In this document: positions 1 to 10,829 of the stretch, one piece after another
How the letters are laid out: each line of letters starts with the position of its first letter
Position numbering within the stretch: position 1 is the stretch's first letter
Origin: Felis catus
Taxonomy: Eukaryota
Length of the DNA stretch: 64,000 nucleotides
NCBI RefSeq assembly: GCF_018350175.1
Contig: NC_058383.1
Location: 20,524,001 to 20,588,000, forward strand
Reading direction: 5' to 3'
Notes under the pieces: model-generated
Databases searched by the model: none
Told to the model about the DNA's origin: nothing
The model's input: only the letters and a program-made list of their open reading frames with translations
Program-made: the position numbers and the translations under genes

Positions 1-355
1 TGGATTTTACTTTGGAAAATTATGATTTCTCTTTGCAATTTGGGTAGAACTGCGATAAAGATGCCATGCGTTGTCTTGGCCAAACGGGGGACATGGCCAC
101 AAGGAAAACCTTAAGGACCCTCTTCCTTGGACCTCCGTGGGGGGTGGTCAAGGTCATAAGATGGCTGCGTTGATTCCTGTTCATGGTAGTGGCCTCAATC
201 GACTTTGCACTTTACCTGGACCCTCAGGGCTTCCCAGATCCACCCGCTTTGTGATGTTTACTTTTTCACTTCGTGGTTCAAATTCGTGGGTCATCTTAAT
301 CACTTCCAATAGATTCTCCCTCCCTTCAAGCTAGCCACGATTGACTCGTGTCTCT

Positions 356-757
356 CTTTTTTTTCCAAGTTTTTATTTAAATTCTAGTTGGTTAACATAC
401 AATATTGTATTCGTTTCAGGTGCACAGTTTAGTGATTCAACACTTCCATACATCACCAGTTGTTCATCACACAAGTGCTGTCCTTAATCCCCATCACCTC
501 GTTCACCGTTTCTCCCCCTCCACCACCCCTCTGGTAACCATCTGTTTATTCTCTATAGTTAAGAGTCTGTTTCTTGGTTTGCCTCTCTCTTTTTTCCCCC
601 GATGACTCCTTGTTTTATTTCTTAAATTCCATATGAGTGAAATCTTACAGTATTTGTCTTTCTCTGACTTACTTTGCTTAGCATAATACTCTCTAGCTCC
701 ATCCATGTCATTGCAAATGGCAAGATTTCGTTCTTTTTTATGGCTGAGTCATATTCC

Positions 758-791
<34 letters not shown>

Positions 792-1092
792 CGTATATAC
801 AACTTCTTTAGCTATTCGTCAGTCAATGGACATTTGGGCTCTTTCCACAGTCCGGCTATTGTAGATAACGCTATGAACACTGGGATACATGTATCCCTTT
901 GAATCAGTATTTTTGTATTCTTCAGGTACATACCTAACAGCGCAGTTCCTGGATTGTAGGCTAGCTCCATTTTTAACTGAGGAGCCTCCATACTGTTTTC
1001 CAGAATGGCTACACCAGTCTGCATTCCCCCAACACCTTTCTCCACATCCTCACCAACACCTATTGTTTCTTGTGTTGTTAATTTCAGCCGCT
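356..1092 (-). mobile_element. Carnivore L1 3' end (ORF2 C-terminus + 3'UTR), with internal (TG)n at ~760-788
   Basis: T-rich tail followed by antisense L1 3'UTR. The minus-strand ORFs 503-706 and 812-1045 give L1 ORF2-end-like peptide (…DTCIPVFIALSTIAGLWKEPKCPLTDE). Confidence 0.9.
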
Positions 1093-1954
1093 CTGTTTCT
1101 TAAGACCAAGGGTTCCCAACTGAAATATTACCCAAAGCACATTAAAAGATACTCATCACGGTACTCTTCATAACAGCAAAAAAAACCAAGGAAACACCTC
1201 ACGACATGAGAATAGTTTAAGTAAACGAGGGTTTGTTTATTCAAGTCAAGTGTTCTAAAACCATTCAAATTGGTGATAGAGATGTGTAATTACTGACTTG
1301 CAAAATGGCTATAACATCCTATTAAGTGAGAAAAGCAAGTTACAGAGCAATACGTATATGACCCATGATATAATATCATTATACACCAGCATATTAATAA
1401 TGACCATTGCCGGGTAGTGGAGTTATGAAGGTTATATCGCTTGCCTGTATTTGCTGCCCTTTCTTCAATAAATCTGTGCTCTTCAGAGGAAGAATATGAC
1501 TTTCATTAATGCTCATCTGATCAAATAGTAAATTTTTTCCAGAGGGATTTTTAAGTCACAGATCTAGGAAATAAAAATGAGAAACCCAAGTACATGGTTC
1601 CTGAGTTTCAGTAAAGCAACACGAGATTTCCATGGGACTAGATTCTTACTCTGCTTCCCCTGTGTTCTGCAGCTCAAATTATGAGCCAAATCAAAAGCCA
1701 TGAAAAGTGCTTGAGAGAAAAGTATCAGTGGCTTAAAGAAGGGGAAAAAGCAACTGGTCAGCTTTATCACAAATTGGATTATGATTAGTTATCCTTTATA
1801 AAGAGTCAGAGTTATAGAGAGAGGAAAATCACTGAACCGGAGTCAAACGAGATGGGTTTTCACCCATCTGGTTAGTGTCTGTCACTAACCAGCTTTATGT
1901 CACTGGGCAAGTCACTACCCTTTTAGTTCTGCTCGTATTAAAATGAGAGGCAGA

Positions 1955-2161
1955 GGGGCGCCTGGGTGGCGCAGTCGGTTGAGCGTCCGACTTCAGCCAG
2001 GTCACGATCTCGCGGTCCGTGAGTTCGAGCCCCGCGTCAGGCTCTGGGCTGATGGCTCAGAGCCTGGAGCCTGTTGCCGATTCTGTGTCTCCCTCTCTTT
2101 CTGCCCCTCCCCCGTTCATGCTCTGTCTCTCTCTGTCCCAAAAATAAAAAAATAAAAAGTT
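1955..2161 (+). mobile_element. Can-SINE (young felid SINEC_Fc-type) inserted in a MIR
   Basis: GGGGCGCCTGGGTGGCGCAGTCGG head, B-box GTTCGAGCCC, (CT)n, A tail; TSD ttaaaatgagaggcaga at 1938-1954 and 2162-2178. Confidence 0.95.
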
Positions 2162-2369
2162 TTAAAATGAGAGGCAGAAATAGATTATCTGTGTATTTTC
2201 TCTAGAGTCTAAGGGTCTTCAATTTATAAAAGGGAGAAGGGTGAAGAAACTCATTTCTACGTTCAACCCGTTGCATGATTATCTGACTAGCACCTCTTCT
2301 GGTCACAGCACGCGGTGCTGAAGTGGGAAGCGACTCTCCAACCATAGGCGGCTGATAAAATCACACAGT

Positions 2370-3287
2370 CAACAAGCTTATTCTGTCTAATGGCGAGTCA
2401 GTGGTTGGTTCAGGTATCAGCGTGTGTCCCAGTTGGAACCAAGGAGGCTGACGCCAAGGATGTTTTCCAGGATGGATTGGGAAAGAGGCACTTCCTACCT
2501 GAATTGATGAAATGGCAAGACAGTTGCCCCAGGAGCCACCTTTGGCAGAAGAGGAGAACCATGATGAAAATGACACCAACAGAGATGGAAGGGAGTCAAA
2601 GAGGAGAAGGAAGAGAAAACCTTGGTAAATATCACTTGAACTAAATCCTGCCGTGCCTGAAATCATGACAGCCGATCAGTCAGTTTCCCTTTTAGACATG
2701 GTGGGCCTCTTTAAATGGGGTTGCCGTGATGGTTAATTTAATGTGCCAGCTTGACTGGGCTCAGGGATGCCCAGAGAGCTGGTAAGATGGTATTTCTGGG
2801 TGTGTCGGCGAGGGTGTTTCCGGAAGAAAATAGCATTTGAATTGGTGAACTGAGTAGAGCAGATGGCCCTCCTCGGTGTGGTTAGGCAACATCCGATTCA
2901 CTGAGAGCCCAGACAGAATAGGAGGTGGAGGAAGGATGAATTTGTACTTGCTCACTCTCTCCCATGTGCGCTCTCTCTCTCTTTCTCTCCTTGAGCCGAG
3001 ACGTCTGGTTCCTGGGCTTTCAGACTCAGACGGGGACTTACATCCTGAGTCCCCACCTCCTACACCCCTCCTCCCTCCCATCCTGGCCTTATCCTACCAG
3101 TTTTCCAGGTTTTCTACCTTCAGGATGGCCGATCATGGGACTCCTCCGCCTCTGTAACCACATGAGCCAATTCCTGTATCAAATCTCCTCATATATATGT
3201 ATCTATATATACCCTAGTGGTTCTATTTCCCTGGAGAGCTTGGACCAATGCGGTTGCCATTGCTAGAAACCAAAGAGGACCTAGCTC
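2370..3287 (+). mobile_element. Old MaLR (MLT1J/K-like) LTR interrupted by an MLT2 LTR
   Basis: Degenerate MLT1-like body at ~2370-2724, resuming at 3253 with an MLT1-like 3' end (…gaaaccaaagaggacctagct). Confidence 0.5.
2725..3252 (+). mobile_element. ERVL solo LTR (MLT2-like)
   Basis: Begins cgtgatggttaatttaatgtgccagcttgactgggc (MLT2 5' end) and ends …ggttctatttccctggagagcttggaccaatgcg; 5-bp TSD gttgc at 2720-2724 and 3253-3257. Confidence 0.85.
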
Positions 3288-3687
3288 CTACTATCATTTT
3301 ATAGGTTTAAACCTTTGTGTGGGGTATGACTGCATCACATTTACTCTAAAAACCAAATCTGTAACAACAAATCGTCCTTGCGTAGGTTGTTCACTAATAT
3401 CATCCTTGTTCTCACAAAACTCCTAGAACGTAGGTATTATCATCATCGTTTTAAGAACACGGAATATGAGGTTTAAGGAAATAGCTTGCCCAAGGGAAGT
3501 CAATCAGTTTGTCTCCCTTCCGAAACATTGAAGAATGGTCACCGATTTTTGGATTGTTTCTCATGAGATTCGTTCACAAAACCAAGCCTTAGTTTTCAGG
3601 TCTCACTTAGATTTAACATTTAAGTAGCATTCAATTTTTTGCAAAGATGTTGGTTCTTTTCAATAATGTATTCTTTACAAACCAGCA

Positions 3688-4175
3688 TGTGCAGTATAAA
3701 TGAATAGTTTCCTCCACTATCTGTTGCTTCCCCACCCCCCCACCCCCCGCCACCGACTGGTAATGGGAACATGATAACATGGGAGAGGGAGTCTTTTTGT
3801 CCAGCTTCCTTTGCGGTTAAGTATGGTCATGTGATTAAGTCTTAACCAATTAAGCGTAGAGTGGAAGTGTCATGTGACAGCTTTCTAAAAAGACAGGGGT
3901 AATTTGCACTTTGTCCTTTCTACTGTTGTTCATGTACCCACCTGCTGCTTGGAACATGAATGTGTTGGGTGGAGACATAGCCACCATCTTGGATCTGGAT
4001 GGAGATGAAGTTTTCTGGAAGGAGCTTGGGTCCCTGAACATTCTGTGGGATAGAACCACCATACCAGCCTTAGACGGCCTTCCCCTCAATTTTACATGAA
4101 AGAGATGAACTTCTTCTATTTGTTAAGTTACTTTAGTCTCTCTCACTTCCTGCAAAACCTAAGTCTAAATAATAC
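3688..4175 (+). mobile_element. MaLR solo LTR (MLT1I/J-like)
   Basis: Hallmark ccagcttcctttgcggttaagtatggtcatgtgattaagtcttaaccaat motif and an LTR-like end …cctaagtctaaataatac. Confidence 0.65.
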
Positions 4176-4288
4176 CAAATGATGGACCAATTGGCATATC
4201 ATAGAACTATACATTTTTACAGCCGGAAAGAAGCTTCAGATCATCAAGTCCTATACCCACATGTTAGACATGGGGATCTTGAGTCTTT

Positions 4289-4501
4289 TTTTTTTTTTAA
4301 CGTTCATTTATTTTTGAGACAGAGAGAGACAGAGCATGAAGGGGGGAGGGGCAGAGAGAGAAGGAGACACAGAATCGGAAGCAGGCTCCAGGCTCTGAGC
4401 CATCAGCCCAGAGCCTGACGCGGGGCTCGAACTCACGGACCTCAAGATCGTGACCCGAGCTGAAGTGGGACGCTTAACCGACTGTGCCACCCAGGCGCCC
4501 C
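4289..4501 (-). mobile_element. Can-SINE
   Basis: Full-length antisense copy; TSD gggatcttgagtcttt at 4273-4288 and 4503-4518. Confidence 0.95.
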
Positions 4502-5149
4502 TGGGATCTTGAGTCTTTAAACAGATGAGTGTTCTTCTAAAGGTGGATCAATAGTCATTTCAGTTGTTTTTTTCCCTTGGTATGTTAAATGCCCTTACAT
4601 GTTAATCCAACGGCATAAATTTTACGGCACGCTAATTATTTAGGCGGTTTGGTTTTGAACGTCCTTAAGGAATCAACAGGAATAACCAGAAAAACAAATC
4701 ATGAGCTTTGATTTGGGACATTCATGAGTTTGGATCCCAAGATTAACCACTTTCTTGCTCTGGAATTTCCTGGTCTTTGCGTATTTCCATTATTTGTAAC
4801 TTTGGGTTGGTAACACTTCATAGGATTTTAAGATGACATAAGACCATATACGAATTAACATCTATGAAAACACCAGTGTCTGAAACGCAGGAAGTGCTCA
4901 GCCGATGTTGTTTCCTTCTTTCACACGGGGAACACCGCTCCAGTCTACAGTTTGAATAGTATGGTATAATGTAATACATATTTATTTGGAAAGCAGACAC
5001 AACGTGGACTTGAAGCCACATTACCTCATCCATTGGGTATGTGATTTTAATGATACCTAACTTCTTAGACCCCCATTTTTGAGATGTAAAATAAAGTTAA
5101 TTCTCTATCACATGGATTGAGACAATGATTAGATAGAATGTGTCCACAA

Positions 5150-5443
5150 TGGGCTCTGCGTTTAAGAGCCTGCTTAGGATTCTCTCTCTCTCTTCCCTCT
5201 TTCTCTCTAAAATAAGAAAAATATATAAAAAAGGGGCACCTGGGAGGCTTCGTCGGTGAGCGTATGACTCTTGATTTCGGCGCAGGTCATGATCCCCCAG
5301 GGTCGTGGCATCGAGCCCTGTGTGGAGTTCCGCACCAAGCATGGAGCCTGCTTAAGATTCTCCCCCTCTCTCTTTCTCTGCCCCTTTCCCACTCACGTGC
5401 CCTCTCTCTCTCTCTCTCTCAAATTAAAAAAAATTATAAAAAT
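5150..5443 (+). mobile_element. 5'-truncated Can-SINE followed by an older full-length Can-SINE (5233-5443)
   Basis: SINE 3' half with tail at 5150-5232, then GGGGCACCTGGG head with the older gactcttgatttcggc segment, (CT)n and A tail. Confidence 0.85.
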
Positions 5444-5611
5444 ATACATGTGTCTAAAGAGTCTGATGTATAATAGGTGTTCAACAAATAGAAGGTATTA
5501 TTAACATTGTAGCTCCCGCCGCTATTCCTGCAACATACGTATCTTACTCTAACAGAAGTTTCCCTGGCTTTGGTGGTTAATGAGAGAAAGACTAAGAATA
5601 GTTTGACCCGG

Positions 5612-5851
5612 GGGGCGCCTGGGTGGCGCAGTCGGTTAAGCGTCCAACTTCAGCCAGGTCACGATCTCGCGGTCTGTGAGTTCGAGCCCCGCGTCGGGCT
5701 CTGGGCTGATGGCTCAGAGCCTGGAGCTTGTTTCCGATTCTGTGTCTCCCTCTCTCTCTGCCCCTCCCCCATTCATGCTCTGTCTCTCTCTGTCCCAAAA
5801 ATAAATAAACGTTGAAAAAAAAATTTACAAAAAAAAAAAAAAAAAAAAAAA
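5612..5851 (+). mobile_element. Young Can-SINE (SINEC_Fc-type) with long pure A tail
   Basis: Near-consensus body; TSD aagaatagtttgacccgg at 5594-5611 and 5852-5869. Confidence 0.97.
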
Positions 5852-6459
5852 AAGAATAGTTTGACCCGGGGTTTTGAAAAAAAATTTACTGCCCCTTCTG
5901 AAAGACACTGGATAACTCAAGTCGTCTTTAAGTGCATTTAGACAAAAAGATAAAGAATTTAAATTAGTTTGTTCTCTTTGGGTTGCAAAAAGAAGGAATC
6001 TCCAAAGAACATTAATGTGAGCACCCCTCCCCCCCCCAAGAAACCTATTGGTTATATGACAGAAGTTGAAGGAAGCTTTAGGCATGGTGGAATCTACATC
6101 TTTAATCTACATATCGTAAGAAATAATGCCATTATGTGCTCTCTCTCTTTTTCTCTCCTCGCCTTCTCTCTGAGTCATAATTCTGCCTTCGTCTGTGTTG
6201 GCTTCTTTATTAGATGGGTTGTCCCTACAAGATGGCCACCAGGGGCTCTAAGGTCACATCCTGTGTCAGCTTAGCTGTGTATCAAAAAGAGAACGTCGCT
6301 TTCCCAACAGCGTTTGAAAATCAAAGTAGCAGAGAAGAAGCAGGTTGTGGAGGGCCTTGTGGACACCCCACAGAGTTCTGACTTCACCACAAAAGCCCCG
6401 GGGGCCCATTGAAAGTTTCCAGGCTGCAAATATCAATCTCTGTCTGGCAAAGAGGCGGT

Positions 6460-6740
6460 AACAGAAGTATGGAAGCCGATTAGAAGGTAGTTGCAGGAAT
6501 TCAGGTGGGACATCGGAGTTTAAGCTAAAATAATGGCAACAGAGACAGCGGAGAGAATTCTGAACCAAGAAATAACTCTGAGGTTAAACCTGATGGGATG
6601 TGGTTACCTGGACGGGAAGGGAGAAGCAGAGAGAGGGGTGCAGGAGATCTCCGGGTTGAGCACCTGATTAGATCTTAGCGGGGGTACCTGAAACTGGTAA
6701 TACAGGAGGAGAGTCCGTGGGAGGAAATGAAGAATTCAAT
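6460..6740 (-). mobile_element. L2 fragment
   Basis: Degenerate purine-rich antisense L2-like text (…gattagaaggtagttgcaggaattcaggtggga…). Confidence 0.5.
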
Positions 6741-6885
6741 GGGCCCTCTGACTGGGACCGGACTCCACAAGCAGAGGGATTCATAATGGGGTTATATCCA
6801 GAGCGTTGCAGAAATATGGAGACTGGAGACCCAGCGGGATCAGGTAAGTTCTCAGAGTCACCCGCTTGGCTCTAAAAAGCAAACA

Positions 6886-7187
6886 GATGAACACTGGAGA
6901 AGGGAAAGCAAAAATAAGATACAAACAGAGGGGGAGGCAAACCATAAGCGACTCTTAAATGCAGAGAACAAACTGAGGGCTGCTGGAGGGGAGGTGGGTG
7001 GGGGGGATGGGCTAAATGGGTGACGGGCATTAGGGAGGGCACTTGCTGGGGTGAGCACTGGGGATTATATGGACGTGATGAATCGCTGGGCTCTACTCCC
7101 GAAACCAAGACTACACCGTATGTTAACTAATTTGAATTTAAATAATATTTTTAAAACTGCAAAAAAAAAAAATTAAAATTAAATAAA
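6886..7187 (+). mobile_element. 5'-truncated carnivore L1 (3'UTR only)
   Basis: gagggggaggcaaaccataagcgactctta…aacaaactgaggg, G-rich tract, A tail; TSD taaaaagcaaaca at 6873-6885 and 7188-7200. Confidence 0.92.
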
Positions 7188-8062
7188 TAAAAAGCAAACA
7201 ACATTTCAGCTGCTAAAAGCTCAAATGATATACTATTGCTTCTATATGTGTATCAAATCATCACATTGCATACTTCAAATATATTATAATTCTGGCAATT
7301 GTACTTAAAGAAAGGTGGAAAAAACTGTTGCAGAAATCAGGAAAACAATCTTTTCAAGGGGTAAAAAACAGAAATCCTCTGCCGACAGGGAAAGAGTGTC
7401 CCGAGAACACCCCCATGACTTCAATAGCCCTGCTCATGCCCTTTGAGACTTTGGGGAAATACATTTCCAAAGGTAAAAGCCAAGCAAAATCTAACAATGT
7501 GCATTAGACCCAGAGAAAATTGAAAAATATAATGTCAATTGTCCTCTATTTGCAATTGAATACCTTCTGCTTATGCCTAGTGAGGCTTGTCAGGCTAATG
7601 AAATTTGGCACTTGATAGCATTGCTATAGGAAATGAATCAGAAATCAGACTCACAGAAATTTTTGTACAAGGAAGAGGCTCCGAGAGGCTTGGTACAACC
7701 CACCTACTTTATCAATGTGAAAGGGAAGCCCAGGGAAGTCAAATGACAACCTCAAACTCTGAAGCTAGTTTAGTGGAGGAGTAAGTGGTGGAACCAGGTC
7801 ATCTGGAAAATATCCTGTCTCTTTCACTCGGTAAAAATACACACCACTGCCATCAGCGATGATCCACAGGAATGGGTTACACTTCCGCTGGGAGCCACAC
7901 ACAAAAGAAAATAATGATTTGATTTAATTGCAAAGGGAGAGCACTCCCTTACATTCCTGCCCCTGATTTAAAGAGAAAAATGAAGCACTCGTCTTATCTA
8001 CTCTGAAAATGAATATTAGGAGACACACTCTTTTCATGAGCAAGCGTTTAAGACCCTATTTC

Positions 8063-8272
8063 GGGGGACGCCTGGGTGGCTCAGTCGGTTAAGCATCCTA
8101 CCTCAGCTCAGGTCATGATCTCACGGTTTGTGGGTTCGAGCCCCGCGTCGGGCTCCGTGCTGACAGCTCGGAGCCTGGAGCCCGCTTTGGATTCTGTGTC
8201 TCCCTCTCTCTCTGCCCCTCTCCTGCTCATGCTCTGTCTCTCTCTCAGAAATAAATACACATTAAAAAAATT
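8063..8272 (+). mobile_element. Can-SINE
   Basis: Head, B box, (CT)n and AATAAA/A tail. Confidence 0.93.
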
Positions 8273-9054
8273 TTTCTTAGAAAGAACTTGTTTGGGCCTC
8301 TGAATGAAGCAGAGAGACCACAAAGAGAAAACAGAACATCAGAGAAAAGAAATTCATGTGCCGATGTAATAAACAACAGGAAAGCCAGAAGACGAAGACA
8401 CGGAAAGTTAAGACAAGAAGTAGAGAAAAGAAGAACAATCGGGACAAAGAGGAGAAGCAATCGAGAGAAAAAGGGAGGAACCAAAGTGGAAACCATTAAT
8501 CCACAAATATAAGACACACATGGAACAGAAAACATGAAGGAGAAAAAATATTCCAAAATCAAAGAGCGAGCACAGGTCATATGAGATCAACTTAATAGAT
8601 TCCATAGTAATCGTATCAAGAGTTATTACCTGGCTGTTCATGTAGGACATTAGAGAAAACCACAGCCAGTTAACGCTATCTTTTTAATAACCTTTTCTAT
8701 TTATTATTAAGAACAATAAGATCTGCCATTTCTAAAGCCCCTACCACCCACCAGGTGCTCTACAAGGATCGGTGCTAACCCTCAGGATAGCGTTATGTTT
8801 CCTGACCAGAAGACCAAGGTCTCGAGAAGTTAAGTAACTTGCCCACATTCACCAGAATACAACTTTCCCCCTCTACTTAAAAGTTTTGCTACATGTGGAA
8901 TAAGGTTAAACTGTCCCCAAATAAATCCAAGATTTTATAAAAATCTATGAAGGAAGGACTCTGATTTTCAGACATTCTTTCATTGTGGAATTCAGCATCA
9001 GAAATGACACTCAGAACATTTTGAGATTCAAACCGTATTTGTTGAACAAGTAAG

Positions 9055-9230
9055 TAGGTGGATGGTTGGATGGATGGATGGATGGAGGGAGGGAGGGAGG
9101 AAGGAAGGATGGATGGATGGATGGATGACTGGATGGATGAGTGGATAGGTGGATGGAGGACAGATGAATGAATGGATGAATGGATGGGTGGATGGATGGA
9201 TAGACAGATGGGTAGATGGATGGATAGATC
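9055..9230. repeat. Compound (GGAT)n/(GGAG)n/(GGAA)n tetranucleotide repeat between L2 tail remnants
   Basis: Direct reading of tandem tetramers; flanks resemble L2 3' ends. Confidence 0.9.
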
Positions 9231-9344
9231 CACCAGTATTCACTGAGTATTATGAATGCCATGCTCAACACTAGAAATACAGAGATGATTACATATGTAA
9301 GCGATTACAAGATCATTTGATGAAAATTGAGATTTTCATTAGAA

Positions 9345-9590
9345 AACAGGGGTACACCAAACCAATCCGAAGATTCTGGGTCCTGTACCTTGAATTTCAA
9401 TTTCACGCAGGGGGAGGACTAGAACTCTGTAACGTAAAAATGCTCCCCCTTGTGACTCTTACACATTAAAGTTGAGAACCACCACTGCGTGCAGGGTTTC
9501 CCAAATTTGCTCAGCCATAAGAATCCCCCAAGATTAAGCATACAAGTCCAGGGGCCCAGCCCAGACCAAGAGAATTCGAATATTTAGAGG
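9345..9590. mobile_element. MER5-like hAT MITE fragments
   Basis: …aaagttgagaaccac and cagggtttcccaaa termini with MER5-like interiors. Confidence 0.55.
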
Positions 9591-9965
9591 AAGAGGCAAC
9601 AGTGGGTTACTGTTCGTGTCTTTCCCTGCTGGTCAATGAGACTTGCAGGTACTTGATAAAATCTCCAGGCCTGAGAAAGGGAAAGGCTAAGCAGAAAAAC
9701 CAATGACAAATTGTGAGTGTTGAGTATTTCCCAATTGTGCTGAGACATCCACAGCAGTGACTGTCTTCTCTGAGATGACCTGTGAACAAGAATTCCTACC
9801 ATAATTACTGTAATCTTGAATTAGGAACTTGCTCTCTGTAGGACGTGGGACTAAGGATCCAAACAGCATCTCATTACATTTTCAACACAACACCAGGAAG
9901 TCAACGTCACTAGCATGCCTTTGCTAGAAATGGGGAAACTGAGGCTCCAAGAGTTTAAGAGACCT

Positions 9966-10091
9966 GGGACTCCTGGGTGGCTCAGTCCGTTAAACGTCCA
10001 ACTCTCGATTTCAGCTCCGGTCATGATCTCCCCTTTGGTGGGTTCAAGCCCCGCATCAGGCTCTGTGCTGAAATTTCAGAGCCTGCTTGGG

Positions 10092-10125
<34 letters not shown>

Positions 10126-10191
10126 CCTTTCTTCCCCTCCCCCAGTCATGCATGCCCACTCGCTCTCTCTCGAAGTAAACTTAAAAAAAAA
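9966..10191 (+). mobile_element. Can-SINE (older type)
   Basis: Diverged head, long (CT)n, A tail. Confidence 0.9.
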
Positions 10192-10202
10192 TCTTTTTAC
10201 AT

Positions 10203-10455
10203 AAAGCGTGGAGTCTAGGGTCCAACCACGTGGGATGAAACTCTGTCTCCGCAGCTCAACCACCGATGTGTGACCCGAAACAAGTTACCTAACATCTCTG
10301 TGTCTCTGTTTCCTCACCTGTGAAATGAGGATGGTGACACACCAACACCACAGGGTCATCACGAGCACAGAACGAGTTCGCATGCACAAAGCGCTTAAAC
10401 CCATGCCTACGGCACACGTTACATGCGACAAAAAGTCAGCTACAGCCATCATTAT
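10203..10455 (+). mobile_element. MIR, near full length (an antisense MIR fragment follows to ~10560)
   Basis: MIR core tgtgtgacccgaaacaagttacctaacatctctgtgtctctgtttcctcacctgtgaaatgagg. Confidence 0.85.
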
Positions 10456-10829
10456 AATCTCCCCATCCTCCAGATGAGAAAGCTGAGGCTCAGAGTGTCC
10501 AAACGACTCATCTGCAATCATAAAGTGGGTCTGTGGCCCGGCCACGGTCTTGAACATCTAGCCACATCCTGTGGCCATTTATCTGGCCTTCTCGACTGTT
10601 CCCTTGAGCTTGGAGAAGTGCCGTGGAGCGTGAGGGGCAGGGAAGAAAGGCAAACGTCAAGCATTTTCCAGAAGGGAGCCCCCGACCCCTTCTCCTTCAT
10701 CCTTGGGAGAGCCTCTCTCCCTTTCCTCCTCTACCTCCTCCCCCCCACACACACATTTCAGCAGCGCTCGCCAGAAGCCGGAAGTCATCACAAGAAATGA
10801 CCTGTGCTAAGCACCCACGGTCTCAACAC

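Noticed and set aside
6233..6250. CTCF-like tggccaccaggggctct
   Set aside because: One G short of the CCASYAGRKGGC core and probably inside an old MLT1-like fragment.
6841..6849. Perfect splice donor CAG|GTAAGT (similar donors near 23801, 35848, 50478, 62728)
   Set aside because: Isolated donors are expected by chance in 64 kb; I could not pair them with acceptors and an open frame. A lncRNA cannot be excluded without RNA data.
8288..8512. Basic Arg/Lys-rich 74-aa ORF
   Set aside because: The composition reflects A/G-rich sequence, probably decayed L1-derived; non-ATG start.
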